DNA from: Patescibacteria group bacterium
GTDB lineage: Bacteria > Patescibacteriota > JABMPQ01 > JAHIRA01
Assembly (NCBI GenBank): GCA_018818205.1
Contig: JAHISJ010000002.1
Coordinates: 3,895 to 67,894, forward strand
Length of the DNA: 64,000 nucleotides
Direction of reading: 5' to 3'
The notes under the pieces were generated by a model. It made no database searches. It was not told the DNA's origin and saw only the letters and a list, made by a program, of their open reading frames with translations. This document shows positions 10,031 through 19,987 of this stretch, piece after piece; the first letter of the stretch is position 1; every line of letters starts with the position of its first letter. The position numbers and the translations under genes were made by a program.

Positions 10031-12643
10031 TTATACCGATATTTCGGGATTTTCGGTTAAATAAAATAATCCTTGTATCCACTGGCCAAACCTAATAGGA
10101 ATGTTTTTTTGACCTAACTTTAATCCTAAATTGGCAATTAAACTTTGTGGAGCCTGGATGTAGAGATCAAATTGAGCTTCGGGAGTTGCTCTGTACGTAC
10201 GCATGATCTCCTCAAGAATCTGTTCCTCAATATACGTTTGTTCGTGTACGTTCATTAAGAGGCCGTTTCTTGAAAGTGAAAAATTAATTTCCGCTTCTCC
10301 TCCGCGTGCAGCTAGTTGTGTTCTAAGCGTTTCTGCCATATTGCTTCGACGACCAAGCTCAATAATGTATGTTTGGTGAGGATTTTTTGTTTCTTCCTTC
10401 TCTACAGTTACTTTTTCATAAAAACTTCTTTCCTCAATGGCATTAAAATCCGGCCTTTCTTTAATGAGGTTAAGGAGATCATTAACATTTTTCTCGAATT
10501 CCTCTCGTTTCTCACCCTGAAGATCAGTTTTTTTCTCATGTATCAGTACCCAAATCGTTTTAATTTCTTCCGTAGAAAGTTCGCGAGCAATAAACTCAGC
10601 CATGGCGTGTTGTGTTTCTTTGTCTATATCAAACTTTTGGTATGGCGGGTCTATTTTTTCTCGATCAAAAAAGAGAGGATTTGTTTTTGATGCATACGCA
10701 AGCGCGCAGGTTAAGAGATTGCCGTATTGTTCTCCCTGCGAAAAAGCTTCTCTAATGGGTTTTTGTTGCAGGATTTTCTGGAGTTTGTCTGAAAATTCAG
10801 CACCCTCATGTATAACTTTTTCAACTATGAGGTGATCAATAAATGATGACGCGGAGTTTTTCTCCAAAAACTGAAACATCGCTTTGTCTTCAGGCGTTGT
10901 TAACCAAGCAAAAAGTTTTTCAGAAGGAAGGTTAAAATAGGTGTTGCGTTCGGGACAATAGATCTTTTCACCAAAAGATGGATTTTGAAGGAGTTCTAAA
11001 ATGACTTTCTCTTGGAACTCTGGGTTGGCAAGAAGCGTGTCTCTTTCTTCTTTCTCTAAAGAATAAATCAATTTAAGCGCTCGAGCTCTTTGACCGTTTT
11101 CATTATATCTATCGATTAATTCTAAGTCAGTGTAAAGCGTTCCTTCTGTAACGTTTATTTGTGATTCTCTGACTGTTTTTAATGTATCTCCATACATTCC
11201 GGCACTGTAGAGTTCAGGCGAAAGGGACGTGCTTTCTCCGTCAACAAATTGAAGTGCCTTTTCGGGAAAACCATTGTCACCGGTTCCGGGAACAAAAACA
11301 ATGCGTGTGCCTTTAAAGCCTTGAGAAGTAGCAAAGTCGAGTAATTCTTTCTCGCTGAGGTGTTTTTCAGAAAGATACTCGGTTACCAATTCAAAAATTT
11401 CGTTTGGATGAATAGTGGTACCCTCTCTTTTGGGTGTGCCGATAAATTTGTTATGCCCACCGAACTCTTCACTACCTTCTTCTAAAACGATTTTTCCCTT
11501 TAATACTTCTTTTATATTCAAAACCTTTGCAAGTAAAGAAAGATCGATTTTCCCTTGCAGCGATTTGTGCAGTGCAATTTTAACCTGGTAACGTTCTTTT
11601 TGAGGACTCTTGCCAATAAGGACCGTTACGTCGGAAAGACGTCTACCTTCCTCGTCTTGGAGTTGGTTAATATTGCCAAAAACACCTTTTGTTTCAACGT
11701 GCGTAGCATCAAAGAGCGCAACACGTAGTCCCGTTGCTGTTTCATTCATCCTAACGAGTTCCAAGCCTTTTAATTCCTCGTTTCTTGTTTCAGTTTCAGC
11801 TTGCATGGCTTCAAGATAGGCAGAGAAACGGTCTTGTTTTTCTGCAAAAAGCAGTTGTGCTTCCTTAGAGTCTGATGCCGGCATATCGAGAGGAATATTG
11901 TCAGTAAACTCCAGTCCTGTCTCTTGAATATACGTAAAAAGATCATAGACTTCATTTAAAAGGGGTTCAAGGTTCTCCGGTGATATCGTTTTTCCTTTTG
12001 GCGTGTATTTTTTGATGATTTGATCAACAATTTGAATAAATCCACGACCGCTACGTTTCATTTTATGCTTAAATGTACGTGTTTCTTCACTTTGCTGGAT
12101 AAGTAAGGCTATATTTTGATATTCGGGTTTTGATCCGGTAAGAGCAAAGAGTTGAGCTGTCGCGGTAAATTTCTGCGTGCCGGTATGGGTAATAGTGCCC
12201 TGTTTAGCGTTGTATTGTTCGGGGGTAACCCCTTCTTCTTCTAAAAACTGGATTCTTGTATCAATGGATCCAGTTTCAAGGCCAACGCCGGCTAGTTGTT
12301 TTTTAAGCGTCTCAAGCTCCATTAGAGTGGGAACTTTCTCTCCCTGAACTTCAATTGCAAGAACGTCAGGGGAAGTAAGGTCATCTTTCTTGGTTCTTTG
12401 TTTAACCTCAATGGGTGTTTGCGCGGAAATATACCCTAAGTCGCGAGCAAGACAATAGCTTGCCAGCGTATCCATATCTATGTGGCCTAAAATAGCCCTG
12501 GAGAATGATTCACCTTCTTTCTTTGCAAAGTGTTCTGGAGAAAGAGTAATACCTTTTAGCTCAGGAGGAACTTCTCTATCCTTTTTTGTTTCCTTGAAAG
12601 CAGGTTCTTGTCTATGTAAAAATTCAGACATAGTATTAAACAA
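10031..12643 (-). CDS. large hypothetical protein with a DHH-like N-terminal region and a SAVED-like C-terminal domain
   Basis: GHIDMD and FGGH...IGTP motifs; C-terminus DLYIQAPQSLIANLGLKL...IRFGQW. The ORF is secure but the domain calls are by eye. Confidence 0.6.
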   Translation of the reverse strand: MFNTMSEFLHRQEPAFKETKKDREVPPELKGITLSPEHFAKKEGESFSRAILGHIDMDTLASYCLARDLGYISAQTPIEVKQRTKKDDLTSPDVLAIEVQGEKVPTLMELETLKKQLAGVGLETGSIDTRIQFLEEEGVTPEQYNAKQGTITHTGTQKFTATAQLFALTGSKPEYQNIALLIQQSEETRTFKHKMKRSGRGFIQIVDQIIKKYTPKGKTISPENLEPLLNEVYDLFTYIQETGLEFTDNIPLDMPASDSKEAQLLFAEKQDRFSAYLEAMQAETETRNEELKGLELVRMNETATGLRVALFDATHVETKGVFGNINQLQDEEGRRLSDVTVLIGKSPQKERYQVKIALHKSLQGKIDLSLLAKVLNIKEVLKGKIVLEEGSEEFGGHNKFIGTPKREGTTIHPNEIFELVTEYLSEKHLSEKELLDFATSQGFKGTRIVFVPGTGDNGFPEKALQFVDGESTSLSPELYSAGMYGDTLKTVRESQINVTEGTLYTDLELIDRYNENGQRARALKLIYSLEKEERDTLLANPEFQEKVILELLQNPSFGEKIYCPERNTYFNLPSEKLFAWLTTPEDKAMFQFLEKNSASSFIDHLIVEKVIHEGAEFSDKLQKILQQKPIREAFSQGEQYGNLLTCALAYASKTNPLFFDREKIDPPYQKFDIDKETQHAMAEFIARELSTEEIKTIWVLIHEKKTDLQGEKREEFEKNVNDLLNLIKERPDFNAIEERSFYEKVTVEKEETKNPHQTYIIELGRRSNMAETLRTQLAARGGEAEINFSLSRNGLLMNVHEQTYIEEQILEEIMRTYRATPEAQFDLYIQAPQSLIANLGLKLGQKNIPIRFGQWIQGLFYLTENPEISV

Positions 12644-12802
12644 TTAGAATTCTTTACTCAATTATAGCATGTAAAAAAATCTTTAGAGAATAAAAACTAA
12701 CAATGCAAGATACATACTAGCCTAGTATGCTTTTATTGACTTCTTTCTGTTTTATGTTATGCTCAAAGGCACGTTTTTTGTGCTTTCTTGGAGGAAAAAA
12801 AG

Positions 12803-13330
12803 ATGAAAACCGCCGTTTTTCTTGTTATTTTTTTGAACTTTTTTGCCGCTGAGGCTTCCTATGCCAAAGTTTCTATAAGAGTAGAGAAAAAACCCTCTCG
12901 AGTTTCTTTGGGATATAAAAAACTTTTAACCAAACAAGAACAAGAGTTCCTTATTACTGACGTAATAGCATGTATAAGAAGAGGCATGAAAATTTTTGGA
13001 GTAAAGGAAAGTAAACATCCAAGATATGGATTTAGTATTAGATATGCTCTTGAAGTTAAAAATGACAAAAAAGGACTATATTTAAGCGTAGATTTTTCTA
13101 CGTATAGCTCAAAAAAAGCATTAAGAGCAAATATGTGGAGCTTCTTTATTATCGAGTCAAAACGATATTTTCCACAACATCGTGTTGATTTTAGACAAGT
13201 AATGACATATAAGCTTTTTATGCTGTTCAATTTTATCGCATTGCGCTCAAAGAAGTTTAAAACACGCTGTTCAGATTTGTGCAAATGTCCAAAAGGATAT
13301 TCTTGCAAGATGACGGAGTGTGTTAAATAG
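12803..13330 (+). CDS. secreted hypothetical protein with a Cys-rich C-terminal module
   Basis: SD GGAGG; signal peptide MKTAVFLVIFLNFFAAEASYA; C-terminus CSDLCKCPKGYSCKMTEC. Confidence 0.65.
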   Translation: MKTAVFLVIFLNFFAAEASYAKVSIRVEKKPSRVSLGYKKLLTKQEQEFLITDVIACIRRGMKIFGVKESKHPRYGFSIRYALEVKNDKKGLYLSVDFSTYSSKKALRANMWSFFIIESKRYFPQHRVDFRQVMTYKLFMLFNFIALRSKKFKTRCSDLCKCPKGYSCKMTECVK

Positions 13331-13370
13331 TATTTTATGAAAATAGTTACTAGTAAAGAGACCTGCACGC

Positions 13371-13426
13371 TTGCACGTCTCTTTTTTTATTGCTATACTT
13401 AATTCAGACAAAACTAGTCAGGATAT
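13371..13426 (+). promoter_or_regulatory. sigma70 promoter with a probable IscR/Rrf2 operator
   Basis: TTGCAC-17 bp-TATACT with an extended TG, followed by ATTCAGACAAAACTAGTCAGGATAT, which resembles the IscR type 1 site (GAC...AGTC). Confidence 0.6.
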
Positions 13427-13428
13427 AT

Positions 13429-13875
13429 ATGATACGTATTTCAACAAAATCACTCTACGGGCTTAGAGCCATGATCTATTTGGCAAAAAAAGATCAGGTA
13501 TCATCAACAGCCGCTATTTCACAAAGCGAGAAGATATCGTACGAGTATTTAGAAAAGATTTTACAAGAACTTAAAGGGGCCGGGCTTATCATGTCTAAGC
13601 GAGGTGTTGAAGGTGGATACTATCTTGCAGGCAAGCCAAAAAGCATTACCGTTGGTGCTATAGTGCGGGCACTTGATGGTTCTCTGTCTCCAGTAAAATG
13701 TATTGATGAAGCCACTCACAAAAAGTGTCCTGAAGAAAGCGCGTGCGATTCTAAAATGGTTTGGCAAAAATTGTACGATGCTATGAATGACATGCTTGAC
13801 GCACTTTCTTTAGCTGACCTTGCAAAGGGGGGCGTGCAGTCAAAGAGAAAAAAGACACCGTGTACTAAGAAATAA
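13429..13875 (+). CDS. Rrf2 family transcriptional regulator (IscR-like)
   Basis: STKSLYGLRAM, YLEKIL and SKRGVEGGY motifs; three Cys (C-x8-C-x5-C); first gene of the suf operon. Confidence 0.9.
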   Translation: MIRISTKSLYGLRAMIYLAKKDQVSSTAAISQSEKISYEYLEKILQELKGAGLIMSKRGVEGGYYLAGKPKSITVGAIVRALDGSLSPVKCIDEATHKKCPEESACDSKMVWQKLYDAMNDMLDALSLADLAKGGVQSKRKKTPCTKK

Positions 13876-13886
13876 CATCTATTGCC

Positions 13887-14612
13887 ATGCTAGAATTACA
13901 AAACGTTACGGTAAAAGCAAAGAAAAAAACACTACTTCATGATATTTCGGAAACGTTTGATGTTGGTAAAGTATATGCGATTATGGGACCAAACGGTTCA
14001 GGAAAATCAACACTCGCGCAGAGTATTTTGGGACACCCAGGGCTCACACTCACAAAAAAGTCCAAAATACTACTTCACGGAAAAGATATTACTGGTCTTG
14101 CAACAGATAAGCGAGCAGCAAAAGGCCTTTTTATGACGTTTCAAAATCCGCTTGCGATTGATGGTGTTACCGTATTCAATGTATTGCAATACGCTCTAGA
14201 GAAGAGTATGACCTCGGAAGAGATTAGAGAAAAGGCATACGTGTTATCTGAAAAACTGGGCATCTCTAAAGAATTACTTGAGCGGCCGCTCAACGTGGCA
14301 TTCTCGGGTGGCGAAAAGAAAAAGCTCGAGGTTCTTCAGGCTGCGGTAATTGATCCTGATCTTATAATCTTTGATGAAGTTGATACAGGAGTTGATGTTG
14401 ATGCACTTAGGCGTATGACTTTGGTCATTTCTGAGATGAAGGCGCGTGATCCTAAAAAAACAATGGTAGTTATTACGCATTACACACGGATACTTGACTA
14501 TATAACGCCAGATGAAGTGTTGGTTATGAAAGAGGGCAGTATTGTAGATAGGGGCCCGTATGCACTCGCTCAAAAAATAGATGCTGAAGGATATACGCAA
14601 TATGAAGGCTAA
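13887..14612 (+). CDS. sufC: Fe-S cluster assembly ATPase SufC
   Basis: MGPNGSGKST, FSGGEKKK and DEVDTGVDVDA motifs. Confidence 0.93.
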   Translation: MLELQNVTVKAKKKTLLHDISETFDVGKVYAIMGPNGSGKSTLAQSILGHPGLTLTKKSKILLHGKDITGLATDKRAAKGLFMTFQNPLAIDGVTVFNVLQYALEKSMTSEEIREKAYVLSEKLGISKELLERPLNVAFSGGEKKKLEVLQAAVIDPDLIIFDEVDTGVDVDALRRMTLVISEMKARDPKKTMVVITHYTRILDYITPDEVLVMKEGSIVDRGPYALAQKIDAEGYTQYEG

Positions 14613-15966
14613 AAAAAACAAAGACTCATTTGTATATAAGACAAAAAAAGGGCTTTCTCCAAGTACTGTCTCTGAGATTTCTAAACTAAAAAATGAGCCC
14701 TCATGGATGCGTGAAAAAAGGCTTCATGCCTATTCTTTGTTTAAAAAAAAACCGATTCCCTCGTGGGGCCCTGATCTTTCGAACTTAGATTTTAATTCAA
14801 TCACTTACTTTTTACGTGCAACAGAAAAAACTGAGTCAACGTGGGACAAGGTGCCGGACGATATTAAGAAGACATATGACAAGCTAGGGATCCCCGAGGC
14901 TGAGAAGCAATTTTTGGCGGGTGTTTCTGCCCAATACGAGTCGGAGGTGGTCTATGAAAATGTAAAGGAAGAACTAAAAAAACAAGGGGTGCTTTTTTGT
15001 GATATGGACACAGCGCTTAAAAAACATCCGCAGTATCTCTATGAGTATTTTGGCACACTTGTACCACCTAACGACAACATGTTTGCGTCACTCAACTCAG
15101 CGGTGTGGTCTGGAGGATCGTTTATCTATGTGCCCAAAGGAGTGCATGTTGACTTGCCGCTCCAGGCGTATTTTAGAATAAACGCTGAGCTTTTTGGACA
15201 ATTTGAGAGAACCCTTATTATCGCTGACGAGGGAAGTTTTGTACATTACATAGAAGGATGCACAGCACCGCAATATAGAACCGATTCGTTGCATGCGGCC
15301 GTTGTTGAGATTTTTGTCAAAAAGAATGCGCGCGTGCGGTACACGACTGTTCAAAATTGGAGCAAGAATATTTACAATCTGGTAACCAAACGTGCTAGGG
15401 CGGAGGAAAATGCTATTATGGAATGGGTAGATGCGAACATTGGAAGCGGAATAACCATGAAATATCCAGGCGTGTTTCTTGCAGGAAAAGGGGCAAAGGG
15501 CGAGGTACTCTCGCTCTCTACTGCCGCAAAAGGGCAGGAGCAAGATACTGGCGCAAAAATGATACATGCTGCACCCAACACGTCATCTCGCATTATTTCA
15601 AAGTCTATAGTTAAGGATGGAGGTGTGGGTACGTTTAGGAGCCTTGTTGATATGCAAGAAGGTGCCACTAATGCATCCTCATATGTGTCGTGTGATTCGC
15701 TTATCTTAGACGCACAGTCGCACGCACGCACGTATCCTTACATGAGGGTCAAAGAGGGTGATTCAACTGTTGAGCATGAGGCGACGGTAGAAAAGATAGG
15801 GGAAGAAAAAATCTGGTATTTAGAAAACAGAGGAGTGTCAAAAGAAAACGCAGAAAGCATGATTGTAAACGGGTTTGTTGACCCTATTGCAAAAGAAATT
15901 CCTCTTGAATATGCTATTGAGTTAAACCGATTAATCCAACTCGAAATGGAAGGATCGGTCGGCTGA
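14602..15966 (+). CDS. sufB: Fe-S cluster assembly protein SufB
   Basis: AQYESEVVY, GQFERTLII, HYIEGCTAP and EMEGSVG motifs. Confidence 0.95.
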   Translation: MKAKKNKDSFVYKTKKGLSPSTVSEISKLKNEPSWMREKRLHAYSLFKKKPIPSWGPDLSNLDFNSITYFLRATEKTESTWDKVPDDIKKTYDKLGIPEAEKQFLAGVSAQYESEVVYENVKEELKKQGVLFCDMDTALKKHPQYLYEYFGTLVPPNDNMFASLNSAVWSGGSFIYVPKGVHVDLPLQAYFRINAELFGQFERTLIIADEGSFVHYIEGCTAPQYRTDSLHAAVVEIFVKKNARVRYTTVQNWSKNIYNLVTKRARAEENAIMEWVDANIGSGITMKYPGVFLAGKGAKGEVLSLSTAAKGQEQDTGAKMIHAAPNTSSRIISKSIVKDGGVGTFRSLVDMQEGATNASSYVSCDSLILDAQSHARTYPYMRVKEGDSTVEHEATVEKIGEEKIWYLENRGVSKENAESMIVNGFVDPIAKEIPLEYAIELNRLIQLEMEGSVG

Positions 15967-15976
15967 TTTTGATTCA

Positions 15977-16594
15977 TTGACCAAGAGATATCACATGCAA
16001 TTTCACGATATAACAACTGACAAAAAAAAGACCCACGTTGTCCAAACTCCCGGGACACATGTCTTTTTCTTTTTTAATAAAACAGGTGATCTCTCATTTG
16101 ACATTGAGTCAAAAAAAGCGCGCGTGTATATTTTTGGCATGTATTTAGGAAAGAAAAAAGCGCGGTTTTTTGTTAAGACTAGTCAAAAGCATAGTGTAGG
16201 AGACAGCACATCCTCATTGCTTATCAATGGTGTGTTTTTTGACGAGGCGGTATTTGCACACGAAGGCCTTATTACTATTCCAAAAGAGGCAAAGAACGTT
16301 GCAGCCGAGCAGTATGGGCACAACGTTCTTATGTCTAAAAAATGTTCGGTTGAATCAAAACCTTTTTTAGAAATCGATACACATGATGTAACATGTACGC
16401 ACGCAGTAACAACTGGTACACTAAATAAAGAGCAAGTACGCTATCTCATGACCCGCGGAATATCTAAGAAGAAGGCTCAGATCCTCATGCTCAGTGGTTT
16501 TTTTGAAGAGGTTTTTGCAAAAATGCATGACGTGGGAATAACAAAAGAAATAGATGCGTACAAAGAGAAGTTAAGAGAATATCAAACGTCATGA
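15977..16594 (+). CDS. sufD: SufD-like Fe-S assembly protein (short form)
   Basis: PFLEIDTHDVTCTHAVT and YLMTRGI motifs; lies between sufB and sufS. Confidence 0.8.
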   Translation: MTKRYHMQFHDITTDKKKTHVVQTPGTHVFFFFNKTGDLSFDIESKKARVYIFGMYLGKKKARFFVKTSQKHSVGDSTSSLLINGVFFDEAVFAHEGLITIPKEAKNVAAEQYGHNVLMSKKCSVESKPFLEIDTHDVTCTHAVTTGTLNKEQVRYLMTRGISKKKAQILMLSGFFEEVFAKMHDVGITKEIDAYKEKLREYQTS

Positions 16595-17823
16595 TCAATC
16601 CTCACGAGATAAAAAAAGATTTTCCTATTTTTAAAAACAATCCCGACCTCATTTATCTGGATTCGACGGCAACGACTCTAAAACCCCAAGGAGTTGTAGA
16701 CGCATTAACAGAGTACTACGAGGACTATTCGGCTAGTGTGCACAGAGGACTCTATCCTCTTGCTGCGAGAGCTACAAAAGGCTACGAAGACTCGCGTGAA
16801 AAAATAGCAGCGTTTATTGGGGCGGCAAGTGCAAAAGAAGTGGTATTCACGCGAAACACCACTGAGTCGTTAAATGTGCTGGCGTATACGTTTGAATCTC
16901 TTCTTCAGGAAGGAGACGAGATTGTTACCACCGCAATGGAGCACCATTCAAACTTTCTTCCATGGCAGGCGCTTGCAGAGCGAAAAGGTCTTACTCTGAC
17001 GGTGCTTGACGTTACAAAAAAGGGCGAACTCAAAAATATAGATGAGGTACTCAAACAAGCAATTTCAAAAAGAACAAAAGTAGTGACACTCGCTCATGTG
17101 TCAAACGTAACGGGAGTAGTAAATCCCATTAAAAAAATTGTTTCTCGTATTAAAGCCGTAAATCCGGAGTGCATGGTCATAGTTGATGGCGCTCAGTCTG
17201 TGCCACACATGCCAATTAACGTGATAGATTTGGGGTGCGATTTTTTTGCGTTTTCTCTTCATAAAATGCTTGGACCAACAGGTGTTGGTGTACTTTGGGG
17301 GAAAAAGAAAATGCTTGAGATACTGCCGCCGTTTCTGTATGGAGGAGAGATGGTTGAGTCGGTGACCTGGAAAAAAAGTACGTATAAAGAGGTGCCGCAT
17401 AGATTTGAGGCAGGAACACCACACATTGCTGGTGTCATTGCTGCATCCAAGGCTACCGAGTATCTTGCAGGTATTGGGATGGAAGAAGCTCTCATGCACG
17501 AAAAAAAGCTTTTAAGCTATGGACTTTCTGAACTTGAAAATGCATTTGGAAGCGATATAGTTATTATCGGTCCAAAAGACACTTCTTCTCGCATCGGGAG
17601 TCTTGCTTTTTTATTCAAAGAGCATCACCCACACGACATTGCTGAGCTTTTAGGTGAGCAAGGAATCTGTGTGCGTGCAGGAAGACACTGCGCCGCACCG
17701 CTCCATATCGCCTTAGCAATTCAAGCAAGCGTACGTGCAAGTTTCTATGTATATTCAGATAGAAAGGATATTGATACACTTATTGAAGGGCTTAAAAAAG
17801 TAGATGCCATGCTTTCTAAATAA
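16591..17823 (+). CDS. sufS: cysteine desulfurase SufS
   Basis: YLDSTATT, MEHHSN, HKMLGPTG and RAGRHCA motifs. Confidence 0.93.
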   Translation: MINPHEIKKDFPIFKNNPDLIYLDSTATTLKPQGVVDALTEYYEDYSASVHRGLYPLAARATKGYEDSREKIAAFIGAASAKEVVFTRNTTESLNVLAYTFESLLQEGDEIVTTAMEHHSNFLPWQALAERKGLTLTVLDVTKKGELKNIDEVLKQAISKRTKVVTLAHVSNVTGVVNPIKKIVSRIKAVNPECMVIVDGAQSVPHMPINVIDLGCDFFAFSLHKMLGPTGVGVLWGKKKMLEILPPFLYGGEMVESVTWKKSTYKEVPHRFEAGTPHIAGVIAASKATEYLAGIGMEEALMHEKKLLSYGLSELENAFGSDIVIIGPKDTSSRIGSLAFLFKEHHPHDIAELLGEQGICVRAGRHCAAPLHIALAIQASVRASFYVYSDRKDIDTLIEGLKKVDAMLSK

Positions 17824-18183
17824 ATGACCATTTATCAGGATATTATTGTTGATCATTACAGAAACCCCAGAAACAAAGGGGTGCTTGAAGATGCAACAAT
17901 CAGTGAATCGCTTAAGAATTATTCGTGTGGTGATACTATTACCGTGTATTTGAATGTGCAGGATGATACAATAACTGATGTGCGGTTTAAGGGATCTGGC
18001 TGTGCTATTTCTCAAGCAGCTGCATCGATACTATTAGAAAACATTAAAGGGAAATCAATTAATGAAGTAAAAAAACTGACGTATAGTGATATTCAAGAGC
18101 TTCTAGGCGTTAAGCTGAGTCCAGCTCGTGTAAAATGTGCCGAACTTGCGCTTAAAGCAGTGCAAAAAGGCGTAACAAAATAA
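17824..18183 (+). CDS. sufU: SufU/IscU-type Fe-S scaffold
   Basis: [21 protein letters not shown] and RVKCA motifs. Confidence 0.9.
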   Translation: MTIYQDIIVDHYRNPRNKGVLEDATISESLKNYSCGDTITVYLNVQDDTITDVRFKGSGCAISQAAASILLENIKGKSINEVKKLTYSDIQELLGVKLSPARVKCAELALKAVQKGVTK

Positions 18184-18371
18184 TGTTTAAAAAGATGACT
18201 ACTACAGACAAAAAATATATCTGTACTGAGTGTGAATATATCTATGATCCCTATGTTGGAGAACCGGACAGTGCCATTATTCCAGGAACCCCATTTAATC
18301 ATATTCCGGAAAACTGGCTGTGTCCGGTGTGCGGCGCAAGAAAATCACAGTTTCGTGTGTTAAAAAAGTAA
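18183..18371 (+). CDS. rubredoxin
   Basis: [12 protein letters not shown]...WLCPVCGA. Confidence 0.92.
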   Translation: MFKKMTTTDKKYICTECEYIYDPYVGEPDSAIIPGTPFNHIPENWLCPVCGARKSQFRVLKK

Positions 18372-18379
18372 GTGAACCT

Positions 18380-19087
18380 ATGAAGTACACAGTTATCCTT
18401 CTTGGCAAAAAAACAGTTGCAAAGAATACTGTTGCATTTGAGTTTGAAAGACCAAAAGACTTCACTTTTTGTGCAGGCCAGTATGCCACATTTAAACTTA
18501 TTGACCCGGTTTTCACGGATGAGAAAGGGCCAATGCGGGCAATGTCGTTTGCGTCACCTCCTTCAGCTGACACGCTTCTTATTGCAATGCGTATGTCGGA
18601 CTCAGCGTTTAAAAAATCGATATGCGAGCTATCTTGTGGCGATGTAGTAGAGTTGGAAGGTCCTTTTGGCAAGCTCGTGCTGGATAAAGACGATACGTTG
18701 CCTATTGTTTGTATTGCAGGAGGCATTGGCATCACTCCGTTTATGAGCATGATTTCAGATGAGCAAGAAAAAGGATTCCCGAGAGAAATAACGCTACTCT
18801 ATTCAAATTGTAATCCTGAGGAAGCGACATTTTTTGATGAACTCAATGCTATAATACATAAAAACCTAACCGTTGTTTCTACCATGACCGATATAGAAAA
18901 AAATACTGATTGGCGGGGTGAATGTAAAAAAATTGATCAAGATATAATAGAGAGATACGTATCTAATGATTCTCGTTCACTTTTTTATCTCTGTGGGTCA
19001 ACAGGGATGGTGGTAGCTATGAAAACTATACTTGAGAGCATGGGTGTGCCAAAAGATCACATCAAAATGGAACTGTTTGGTGTGTGA
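18380..19087 (+). CDS. FAD/NAD(P)-binding oxidoreductase (ferredoxin-NADP reductase family)
   Basis: RAMSFAS, GPFG, IAGGIGITPF and YLCGS motifs. Confidence 0.88.
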   Translation: MKYTVILLGKKTVAKNTVAFEFERPKDFTFCAGQYATFKLIDPVFTDEKGPMRAMSFASPPSADTLLIAMRMSDSAFKKSICELSCGDVVELEGPFGKLVLDKDDTLPIVCIAGGIGITPFMSMISDEQEKGFPREITLLYSNCNPEEATFFDELNAIIHKNLTVVSTMTDIEKNTDWRGECKKIDQDIIERYVSNDSRSLFYLCGSTGMVVAMKTILESMGVPKDHIKMELFGV

Positions 19088-19191
19088 AGAAGAGTTATCT
19101 GTAGGAAAATAAAAAAATGCAGATTTTTTTCAAAAAACAAAAAAGACTATACGGAGCTGTATAGTCAAAATATATGTTAATAAATCAGAAA

Positions 19192-19929
19192 TTACGATAG
19201 CCAAAGGAGAGGATTCTCCTCTCTTTTTAGTGCGCCGTTTGCAAAAAATTGAGTAAGAATGAGCGCTTGAATTTTCAAAAGACCAAGTTGGAATTTCCCA
19301 GAAAAGCTATTTGCGGGGATAGCAAATACATGGGTCGCAAACCTAATTAAAGCTGATTCGTCAGTTTCATTCTCTTTTGGAATTCGCTCTTCAATCAGCA
19401 GCCGTTCAATTTCCGTTAGTTCAGGAGCTGAAAATCCATCAGGAATATTTGTCATACTTGACTCCACTGAACTAAAAATATTTGGAGTCAACATACGTCT
19501 TTGAGTTTCAGCCTCAATCTCAGTTAAATATTCTTTATTGTGTCCAAATAATAATGAGGCTGCATTGTGTGTCATAAATAAATCGTCTGTCAATTCTCTC
19601 AATTTAGCAGTGACTTTCTCAAAAAAGTCTTTATCATTGGGAGAACAAACAATAGGTTTTTGCGCGCCAGGTTGCACAAGTCCGCCTGTACTGTCACATA
19701 CTAATTGCGCCAACCAGGTTTTTGCTTCTTCAAATGACATATCTGGTTTAAAGTCAAGAAAATGTGAAATCGTGCCAAAGAATATTCTTCGGAAATCAAC
19801 CATCCAAATAATTGCTCTTTGAGGATGCAGGCCTAGATCTATTGAAGCAGTCTCTTGTTCTTCAATGCTGTTTTCTTCAAAAATAATCATCAAAATTTTG
19901 TAAATAACACTCATTACTTTTTTTTCCAT
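19192..19929 (-). CDS. hypothetical protein
   Basis: 245-aa ORF with a strong SD (TAGGAGG); no recognised motif. Confidence 0.7.
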   Translation of the reverse strand: MEKKVMSVIYKILMIIFEENSIEEQETASIDLGLHPQRAIIWMVDFRRIFFGTISHFLDFKPDMSFEEAKTWLAQLVCDSTGGLVQPGAQKPIVCSPNDKDFFEKVTAKLRELTDDLFMTHNAASLLFGHNKEYLTEIEAETQRRMLTPNIFSSVESSMTNIPDGFSAPELTEIERLLIEERIPKENETDESALIRFATHVFAIPANSFSGKFQLGLLKIQALILTQFFANGALKREENPLLWLS

Positions 19930-19987
19930 GGTTCCTCCTAAAGCCAGTGTGCATACTAGCTTCGCATTTTAGCACAAGATACATAAA

